This document shows, piece by piece, positions 54,373 through 64,000 of a stretch of 64,000 nucleotides of DNA; positions within the stretch are counted from its first letter, which is position 1, and each line of letters starts with the position of its first letter. This DNA is from Eledone cirrhosa (taxonomy: Eukaryota): positions 18,352,001 through 18,416,000 of the forward strand of contig OZ024745.1 of NCBI GenBank assembly GCA_964016885.1, in the 5' to 3' direction. Position numbers and translations under genes: made by a program. The notes under the pieces were generated by a model. The model saw only the letters and a program-made list of their open reading frames with translations. It had not been told where the DNA came from and did not search any database.

Positions 54373-54560
54373 AATTGTTTCTACTTTTGGCACAAGGCCA
54401 GCAATTACCCAGTACATTACTGGTACTTTATTTTATCGACCCCGTAAGGATGAAAGGCAAAGTCAACCTCGGCGGGGTTTGAACTCAGACCGTAAAGGGA
54501 CGTAACTATTCTGCAAAGCATGGCGTCCGACCCTCTACCGATACTGCCAATCCACCGCCC
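54373..54560 (-). mobile_element. tRNA-derived SINE (octopus-type), full length
   Basis: Minus strand GGCGGTGGATTGGCAGTATCGGTAGAG..GAGTTCAAACCCCGCCGAGG..GGCCTTGTGCCAAAAGTAGAAAC. Confidence 0.85.
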
Positions 54561-55763
54561 TATATACAATTTTATAATGTTATGAAGACATTTCGCTTTA
54601 GGTTTGTAGTATTAATATTTCAAGATCACGTTGGGATATTATAATGCCGGGTTCAAACCTTTGCTTGTTTTATCGATAATGTATAGAACAATAAAGTTGA
54701 CGGCCTCCACAATTTTTTCTGCAAATGACGGGTTTCTTTTTATATTTGTGTCCTTTGTCCATGCATTAGGATATCCTTGTTAAATCATTTGGGTTTATTC
54801 TTTCCCTATCAAACTCTATGTGTTTTAGGTTGCAACTTTTTTTCCTAAGCCTAGAGCAGAACATATTACGTCGCCCCTTAATCTTTATTTTTTTCATAAT
54901 GACATCTCACACATTTTAGTTCGAACATCGTAATGCCTTTCACCAACACCCTAAAAACATGGGGTATGTAACGCATATAGATATCTGCATAACAGAAATA
55001 GGATCTATATTACTTAACAATGATTGTTCGGATAAAAACTAGAACAAAAATGAAAATACCCTGAAATTATATGTGATGGCATGTGGCTTTGTGTATAATG
55101 AATTAGATTCACAATTGTGAGGTGGTTAGTTCGATTTCTGATCAAAATGCTTTACGTCATTGGGCAAGACATTCTATTTCACTTTGCTCTTTCTGTCAGA
55201 AAAGGAAAGACCAATGGAAACACTGTTTCCTTTGTGTGATTTGACGAGATCAACCCCTTCCTCCTTCTATATGAGAACTTAAACCTACAACCAAATCATT
55301 CCAAAGATATTCATTTATAACAATAACTTTTACCTATCAAACCTACTTTTGATGTAATTTTGTAATACAAAGCATTCGTATAGTCTGTTTTCTCATTTGA
55401 TTTAACTGTATGACACTTCCCTGTGCCGCTGCAGAGAGATAAGAATATTGTCTTCACTTTGTTTCTGGCACATTGAAGGAAGCAAAATCTAATTCTTTTA
55501 TTACAATTTGTTGCAAGAAAAATTGAAATTGCTTTCTTTCTTTTATAATTCGTTTCATGATAAGTAGGGGTTGAAAGAAGTATATATAGAGAAGTACAAA
55601 TAAAGAAGTGAATATAAAAGTGATGATATTTAAAATATAGTCGATACGATTTTAAGTAGCTAGTGGAACTCGAATCCACAACGAAAATCAATTAACAGTA
55701 TAAGCCACTGGCGATTCAGTTTACACCTTACACTTAATGGGTGATATTTTAATGACAGTTGAA

Positions 55764-56420
55764 TATACAATCATGATCAAAAGTTTAGGATTACAGAACA
55801 AAAATGTTTAATTTTCTAATTATTTCATCTATTTTAATGTTTCCAAATTAAGGAAAAAATTTCAATTTAATATATCATCCTAATTGTTTAAATATGTGTA
55901 AGTTTTAAGCCGGTACTTTTATTATAGAAGATTCTTCTTGTTAACTCTTAAATGTGGCGAAAAGAACTGTCTTTCTTGCGTTTAAAGACAGCTAATAGTA
56001 GCGCTATACAACTCAGTTTATTCATAGCATGATATTTCTCTTAAAATAGGTTCTAGCAATACAGCAGTTCATATTTCTATTAATACCAATTTCTTCTTCT
56101 TCTTCTTCTTCTTGAGACATCCCTCCATCGAAGGTAAAACATTAATTTTGCTTTTTCTAATGGTCAAGATATATTCGGTTCGTCACACCTTCACACTCAT
56201 AGATTTCTCCGCAAACTAGAACAATTTTGCCTCTCCATTGTCGAATTGATAGTCGATCATCTGCGAAACCACGGATGTTCATTACGCCGAGGTCATCTAA
56301 TTAAACATATGAGCCACTATTTACAATGAGACTAGCAGGATTTTTATCTAGACTTACTCGCCTTGATCTGTCATGTTCTGCTAGACTAGAATATCTTAGC
56401 GATATCAGAGACAACTGATG
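55764..56420. mobile_element. Possible Tc1-like remnant
   Basis: The left end TACAATCATGATCAAAAGTTTAGGA resembles a Tc1 TIR. The interior is highly degraded and the right boundary is uncertain. Confidence 0.35.
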
Positions 56421-56824
56421 CTTTAAAGAGAGTATCACACTCTATTTTCGTTTTAGATATTAACTACATTTTTGCTAAATACTTTAGCGTGATCTTAATC
56501 TTTTGAACATAAATCTATATTGCATACATGCTTGTGGTATTATAACATTTAAGTTCTTACACAAGAGTGTATAGAATTATTGTTTGATTTGTGTTCATTA
56601 ACAGAACATCAAGTATTTAGTTGGTACTTACAACACCATTAATAATTAAGCAAGATGTTTCTGGAATAAAATTATTTGTAATAAGTCAGCAGGTGTTTAA
56701 TAACTGATTACTGAGATAGAAATGTTTTAAACGAAGATTATAACAAACATTATCGAGTGAAAATAGTAGGACATTAGTAATTCATTGGGTTTCTCTATAG
56801 ATTCTTCATAAATATGTGGATTAC

Positions 56825-56878
<54 letters not shown>

Positions 56879-56882
<4 letters not shown>

Positions 56883-57512
56883 GGAAAAAATGAAATTTCA
56901 TTTCTCATTCTTAGTACGGCTGATACTTAAATATAAGTATGTATACGTACATACATATATGTATACAGACGTACAGTAGTATGTATATACATACATACAT
57001 GCACACACATATATATATATATATGTACGTATGGGTTTACCAAACATTTATTATAATGCTCGGTTTGTTTGTAAACAAACAGCCCGAATTATTAGCCGTA
57101 CAGTGTTCGGCAACCATCGTTGCCCTTTTCTTCAACACTGACAAAGGAACGATGAACTAGTTTCTAGCTTATTATCTGTCATCAGTACCGTATACCTTCC
57201 TGTCAGGTGATTGAACATTTGAAAGTATATACTTTCCTTATGCATATTAATGGCTGAGCAGCCTAATTTGCATATCGAGTGAGTTAGCCGGCCGGGCGTA
57301 CCGGAAACGATAAATGGAAAAAATGAAATTTCATTTCTCACTCTTAGTACGGCTGATACTTAAATATAAGTATGTATACGTACATACATATTGTATACAG
57401 ACGTACAGTAGTATGTATATATATACATACATGCACATATATACATACATGCACACATATATATATACGTATGGGTTTACCGAACATTTATTATAATACT
57501 CGGTTTGTTTGT
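56879..57512 (-). mobile_element. HHR repeat family A (diverged subfamily): ~1.45 units of 433 bp
   Basis: ATGGAAAAAATGAAATTTC at 56881 and 57314. (TA)n flanks. Confidence 0.85.
57149..57191 (-). ncRNA. Minimal hammerhead, family A subfamily
   Basis: Minus strand ACGGTA-CTGATGA-CAG ataataag CTA-GAAAC-TA-GTT-CATCGT. Confidence 0.78.
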
Positions 57513-57521
57513 CCCGACGCC

Positions 57522-57557
<36 letters not shown>

Positions 57558-57589
57558 AGCGTCGGGACCCGACGGCTGAGCTCTTGCCG

Positions 57590-57800
57590 TTTTAACAGCT
57601 TGTTCCAGACTATTGGCCGAAAGGCTTTGCAGATTAGTAGCTTTAATATCAGGGTGTGGTTTGTCCAAATATGGAGGCACATTATTCACCCAATTGTAAA
57701 TTCTCTCCATAGAAGTGTTAAAAGTATAAAGAGGAAAGTTGTTGATCGGGTAATCGATCTAAGCATTGTTTCTTCCATTTTTGAGAATGTTGGTCGCAAC
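57590..57800 (-). mobile_element. Possible CR1-group LINE 3' remnant
   Basis: NNVPPYLDKPHPDIK..SANSLEQ resembles the IPDKPPTPGY..NSNSLLEW terminus of the 32.4-kb LINE. Confidence 0.35.
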
Positions 57801-58058
57801 TCCAAGTAGATACGTCACCAATTTTCTGGTGATAGGAGGTAGACTGTGAATTCAGAACACACGGAGCCTGAATAGATCCTACTCTTTGGGATAGGTTGAC
57901 CTCTGTGGGACTTAACTCTGAGTGTAGAGAAACAAAACAAATTACAAGGCATTTATTCGAATGCTCTAATTCAGCCCCACTAATATAATATATGCAAAGA
58001 AAATAATTCACCTGGATCATCCGTATGAATTTGCATGGTTAAGATATATGACACTATA

Positions 58059-58345
58059 GAAGTACGTGGCCTAGTAATAAGTGTGATAGACGTACGATCA
58101 TAATGTTGCGTGTTCGAATCCTGGTCTGAGTTTTGCCAAGTATTCCTGAGAAAAATACTTCATTTCACGTTGCTCCAGTATACTCAGCTAAAAATGAGTA
58201 CCATTATTAGCTGGGGGTTTAACCCGTCCATAGGCTGACGTCCTATCTAGGGGTGGGGGACATCTTCTAATCTTAATAACTTCACGCTACGGAAACTGGG
58301 ATAAGCACCAGCCTGTTGAGTCTCCGAGCTCGAGACAGACTTTAG
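58059..58345 (+). mobile_element. tRNA-derived SINE
   Basis: GTGGCCTAGTAATAAG (A box), GTTCGAATCC (B box), body TTTCACGTTGCTCCAGT..CTTCACGCTACGGAAACTGGGATAAGC. Confidence 0.8.
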
Positions 58346-61300
58346 ATTTTTAGAAGTTATATTACACTCTATACTGTATACAAAACGAATCATAATTAAG
58401 TGAAATGTTCTTCTTAGTTGGATAGCGGAAGCTAAACATTAACGAGAAATGTTAGTAACTCTTAATGAATAGGTGATGAAAATTCAGGAAATTAATGATT
58501 AATCTTACAATCTAATTTGCAACGATAGAAGTTCATAGTTTTTATATTCCTTCTCAAATAAAACGGAAAACTTCAATTTACAAGAATGTTTTGTGTAAAG
58601 CTTTCAGTACATCTGTGTATAACTGGAGGGAGAGAGAAACAGTATATGTGTGTGTATGTGAGAGAGAGAGGGGGTTGAGCGACACATTGAGAGGACGAAT
58701 GGCTAAGAATTTTCATTTACAAGCTTTGTCAGAGAAATTGGGAAGGTGGAAACTGCTAGAAGATCTGTGTCTATAATTCAGAAGAGCTGGCCTATCACAC
58801 TCTAATATCACATCTTAATAAATATTGTACACACTTAGATAGACTTGGCCCTAACTAAAGAATGGGAGAAGTTCCTGGAGGATAAAAGATTGATTTAGTT
58901 GCTTAGTGTCAAGGGTAAAAACAGACGAAATAGTGTAAGACTAGGTTTTCTGATTATTCCTTTATATTCTATGTATTGTATTGTACAGCAACAGTCACAT
59001 TAGTTGCAGCATTTGCAGAACAATATCAGCAAAAAAAAACATAAAGACTGTTAACTGTAATAATATCAAGGACAAAAGCTGTTTGGTTAGCTACTATAAC
59101 TACGACGACTTCAGTATTCATTAAAGCTAAACAATAGATGAAGTGTAAAAATACATAGATTATACTTCATTGAATTGCTTTTAAGTATTCATTTGCGAAA
59201 CAACAAAACAATAGCTTGTGTTTACATAGAACTGTTAACAGTTCGTTATAAGCTTGCTAATTTGAAGAGATACTTACATATGTCTAGGTGCAGAAATATG
59301 AAATTCTCTAAAAATAATGTTTTTTCTCCCTTTATGTTTTTTTATTTAATATATGATTTTTACTTGATTTTGCTTTATATTTTATTTTTTTATTGTTTGT
59401 CCATACTGAATTATTTAGTAATATTTTGAAATTGTGTTTACCAGATGAGCCAAAATGTTTCTCTTGAAAATATTGTTTACGTTGTGGAATGTAAAACTTT
59501 CTGAATGATATTTCATTCGAAATCAATTCTTTGTATGTGTGTGTGTGGGGGGGGGGGGGGGGTCTTATCAGATACTTGGTTATGGTTATGACATATCATG
59601 CCTTGTAGAAAATGTTACTAAAAGACAAAAGCTCAAAATATTTGTCCCTTTACTATGTGCCAGTGTCAGCGACATGGTTAGGTTAGCTGCGGGCTAGAAA
59701 CCATATGTCACTTTCGGCGGTTTCTAAAATTGAAATCTGAATTTCGCATAAAATTATATTTTTATTGTCCTGATTTTATTAAATTAAAAAGAAACATCAA
59801 AATTACCGTTTATATATTTATTTCCTATTTGAATGTTTGTAATTATATTTTCCCAATAAAATTAATTACATTTATATATACAAAGTAAATGTCCATTTGA
59901 TTAGTTGAACAGTTGAAATTCTTGTTTCTATTCAGATACATAGATTTATAGATCTTCATCGCATCTTTTCATTATGTTTAATATGTTCGTTATGTCTTCT
60001 ATTTTGTTCCCCGCTTAAGGTTGGTTACAGCGTACCACACAATGTTCAATATGTTAAATATTTCGTATTTGTCAGAGAGTGAAAGTTATCGAGCATATGA
60101 CATGGCAAGCAGTATAATATTAAATTAAATAACTCTTATTTTAATCAGATCTCAATTATAGAAGTCTCTTTACATAGTTAATCGGTTATACTAAGTATAT
60201 TTACCGTATATGTGGACACAGCACCAGAAACTACAAAGATCACTCACAAATTCTACTGTGCAATCACTCTTTATGAAATGCTACCCGCAAATGGGAGTTC
60301 CATGAAGTGGAGTGGCTATTCCAGCCAACCTCCGAGGGGGTATCTTCTCCAACCTCCTCACCGGGATCACGAGACGAACTGATCCCTAAGCTTCATTTAT
60401 GGTGGTGGCATTTGGAATAAGTTTCTCTCACTTTGTTATTAATGGTAAAACAGAAGATTTGACAGTTATTCACAGCTAATTAAACTAACAATGAATTCCT
60501 TACGTTGTCGCTCAGCCTGCTACATATAACAGCCAAATCTCCCTCAAATAATATATACGCCGCCTTAGAAAATGTACAATAAATCAAACAATAATGCTTG
60601 CTTCGAGGTCTTTCCTCTCTGAGGACAACGACATCTCTTCGTGGTGGAACACAAATAAGACTTGTCAACTCTCCTAGTCCGACGGGGAGATCACGTACCC
60701 ACTTTAGGGTAGGTGAAAGATGTCTTCTCTTTTGAAAATGGATATAGCTTTCATTATGTAAAATCTCCCAATTTTGCCTCCTTTCTCTCTCCTCTTTTGG
60801 GATTTTAGAGGTTGGCAGTTCTGAAATAATGAACAGGTTTGAAAATAATGAAAAACCTTTGAACAATATAGTCTTTCGTGCACAATCCTTGAACAATATA
60901 GATCAATCGCATTTGGAAGGCCTCTCATTGTAGATCTACACATCCAAAGCTGAGTGGAATAAAGAACACCTGTTAGAGCTTGTGTGTATTTGTACGTAGA
61001 TAAGTACATTTGTTATCAGTAATAGCAGAGTCAAGGTAATAAGAAACCAACCACCACAACGGCAATTAATTGTCCAATATTATTGCCTATATAGAAATCT
61101 GTCTACGTAGCGATCATCTTTCTCCCATTTTTAAAATAAAATGAGGGTGAGAGAGTATGTTTTACAGATTTTCTATTTATCAGAACTTAGATGTTTTAAA
61201 ATCATATTATGTTAGAGCAAGCCTCCATCCACCTGATTAAATACCGAGTGACCATATATATGGTCGGCAGATATGCTAGAAATAGCAGCAAAAACTTTGT

Positions 61301-62116
61301 TAATATAACGCCTAAATCAGAAAAAGGCCATATTAGATAATGATGAAGACCGAAGTATGCTAGCCTGCAAAACAGATGGGTTTGTCATGGTTCACTTCTA
61401 TTTACACACCAAAACAACCACAACAGCAACAATAGAGAAATAGAAAGGAACCGACTTAAGGATTGTTTCATGATAGCCTGACATGCCGCAAGTGTAAAAC
61501 TAGATAATGTAGTTTCAGGTACAATATCCCTGAGAAAGTAAACAGAATGTTCACGGCAGATTTCATTTCGATGATAGGTCTGTTTAATTAGGTTTGAACT
61601 GAAGCTAAATAACTGAGTTGATTAGATTTTGAAATAAGAAGGTAATTTTTCTTAAAATATTAATAACTCTATAGAGAAGAAAATTCATATTTTCATATTC
61701 CATACGGAATGCAATTACTGCGGTGTTATGAAACAATGTGGCAAATTGAAAATCACTCCCACTAGACTCCGTAATCGCCTTTAATTATTCTCTGAGAAAA
61801 ATCACTATAGCCGCAGGAAATACTTTCACATTTACTGATATCAACTAATTGGTTATTAGAATAAAAACATATGTAACATGTGAATTAGAAAGTATAGATA
61901 CTGCTAGAGAACACGACTAGAATATTTATGGCGAAAGAATTGATTGCTATAATTTATGTGTTCACATAGAAAAATATGTTCAATTCACACTGTTTGGAAC
62001 TACAAAAAGGGGGTTATACGTGCTTGGTAGACCACCTCTCTCTTTTTCTGATTATATATATATATATATATATGATAAAGAACACAAGAGCGTCTACAAC
62101 ATCAACATTTTTTATT

Positions 62117-62163
62117 GGCTTACAATGTTTCTTCCTTACGTAACCGTAGGATTCTTCAGAGCT
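62117..62163 (-). ncRNA. Type I hammerhead, PLE-style
   Basis: Minus strand AGCT-CTGAAGA-A-TCCTAC ggttac GTA a GGA-A-GAAAC-ATT-GTA-AGCC, near a (TA)n-flanked element end. Confidence 0.8.
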
Positions 62164-62798
62164 ATAAAAATGGTTTGATTGGTGTTATGGACTCTACCAA
62201 CCAAACATTCAAGAACAAAGAGTAAAGAGAGTAAAGAGCAAAAGCAGGGGACAATAAGTCTAACTCAGGTGTGGGAGGGTGGCGTGGGGTCCTTGTTTAC
62301 TAGCTGTGGTTATATTCATTCGCGGGAGTCGAGTGGTTAGTGGAGCCATAGATGGGGTGGCATTGATAGTAGGGTGCAGAGGGTGTGCAGAGGCTACACA
62401 CACACAAAGGGCATATAATATATATATAACGGAGGAGAAAGTACATGAGGTAATTAGAAATGGAATAATAATAATAATAATTTATAGTTAATAATGTATA
62501 ATAAGGCATAGGGAAGATTACACTATAATAAGATATAAAAGTAAGAATAAAATAAAATAAAATATAAGGAGGATAAAAATGAAAATAAAAATAAAAATAA
62601 AAAAATATAAAAAATATATAGAGAGAATATATAAAAAATATAAGCAAGTATCAGAAAAGGAAAAACACAATGTAAGAAAATAGATTTTGTTAAATAAAAA
62701 TATTATAAATATGGGGGGAGAAAACGGGAGAGAGAAATATAATCATAATGTGATTAGTTGAGAGAATATAAGATGATAATAAGTGTGTCAAATGTATA

Positions 62799-62840
<42 letters not shown>

Positions 62841-62874
62841 GACAGAGAGAGAGAGAGAGAGAGATAGAGAGATC

Positions 62875-63220
62875 AACCCACGACAACCTCCGAAATCTCC
62901 TCGTCCACAGTTCCCTTCCTCGACCAACTCCTCCCCAGGATCACATTCCTGCTCCCAAACATGCAGCTTTCTGGACAATACTCTCGCTGGTCTCTACAAT
63001 CAGTCCTTTCGTCTCGTTTATGGGCTCTGCTGCACACTATGCCAGGTCATCAACTACTAGACCAAATTTCGAGCAACTTCGGGACGTCCGCTCTGCGGAC
63101 AATTCACCCGATACCTAACAGTTTTCGGCCTCATTGCTTGCTCCGAACCCCAGAACTCACGCCTCATAAGAGAACGGTGCATAGTCGTTTCTTCGAACAT
63201 TTAGTGGAAACCTCTTAAAT
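62875..63220 (+). pseudogene. Internally deleted Penelope-like linker/GIY-YIG fragment
   Basis: NLRNLLVHSSL (PLE linker motif), LVYGLCCTLC (VYxIxCxxC) and FEQLRDVR, in shifting frames. Confidence 0.65.
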
Positions 63221-63703
63221 GCACCGTCTCTCTTCCTTTAGTCACCTCCTTTCCAGCACCCACCTTCCATTCACTGTCACACCAACACACATGACCCCAA
63301 CACATATGACTATGTTCAACTACACCCACTCACATACATACACTAACTCACATAGGTACGCGAAAACGCACACACCAGCATAGCTGATTAAATAGTTATA
63401 CCAGTACGACCACCGATACATAGAGACAATTCATTATACTAACACAATTAATTAATGAATTATACTGACATGACCGAATAACCATACTAACATGACTAAT
63501 TAACTATGCCATCACGACTCAAAACCTAACACATCACTATTACTTCTGTATTAACACAACTAACTAATTAATGTAAACTAATATTACATGACCATAGATA
63601 TATAAATAAAATTAATTATACTAACACGACTAATTAATTACTTAATTATAGTGTCATGACCGATTAACTATATTAACACGGCCAGCAAATCAACATTATT
63701 AAC

Positions 63704-63880
63704 TGTATCGGTAGAGTGCCTGACGCCATGCTTTGCAGCAAAGACTTAAGGCCCTTTATGGTCTGAGTTCAAATCCCGCCGAGGTTAACTTAGCCTTTCA
63801 TCCTTACGGGGTCGATACAATAAAGTACCAGTAATTTACAGGGATATTTGCTGGCCTTGTGCCAAAAGTAGAAACAATTA
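63704..63880 (+). mobile_element. tRNA-derived SINE (octopus-type)
   Basis: Homologous to 14655-14836 and 54373-54560. Confidence 0.8.
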
Positions 63881-64000
63881 TTAATTAAACCAACACAATT
63901 CCTCAACTACATTAATATGATCACAAACACACCACCAGCTCTAATTAAACCTATGCTGGACTACGTGTTTGCCCTCTTCACATATTTCTTTTTTTTTTTC

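Noticed and set aside
56914-56975. Plus-strand three-way fold GTACG-GCTGAT-ACTTA/TAAGT..CGTAC resembling a hammerhead
   Set aside because: Lacks the GA and GAAA core residues. The real HHR of this family is on the minus strand
58059-58130. tRNA-like sequence as a tRNA gene (also the other SINE heads)
   Set aside because: No complete cloverleaf, and it continues into a SINE body

Overview
AT-rich, microsatellite-dense eukaryotic (metazoan) DNA. The SINE families resemble those of octopod cephalopods (inference). I can support no intact host gene, and nearly all ORF-track entries are microsatellite or antisense artefacts. Recognisable coding remnants are all retroelements or DNA transposons: a frameshifted CRE-like RLE non-LTR retrotransposon with an N-terminal PHD finger (7.85-11.15 kb), a CR1-group LINE (32.4-35.8 kb) abutting a Penelope-like RT fragment (35.8-36.95 kb), further Penelope-like (PLE) fragments, RTE 3' ends, tRNA-derived SINEs and Tc1/mariner remnants. 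The main signal is non-coding. By eye I find about 20 type I hammerhead ribozyme (HHR) motifs, intact or degenerate, from about a dozen sequence-unrelated repeat families. They sit in 300-600 bp units, mostly inserted into (TA)n tracts, and share one architecture: 1-3 tandem or terminally redundant units, often with an inverted copy at the 5' end. They include palindromic-stem-III minimal HHRs, a U3-A8 core variant in three copies, C4 variants, and HHRs with greatly extended stem II or III. This looks like a diverse population of Penelope-mobilised pLTR/retrozyme-like RNAs. Several MITE-like hairpins may be extreme 5'-truncated fold-back products of the same process. All structures were paired by hand and none has been tested.
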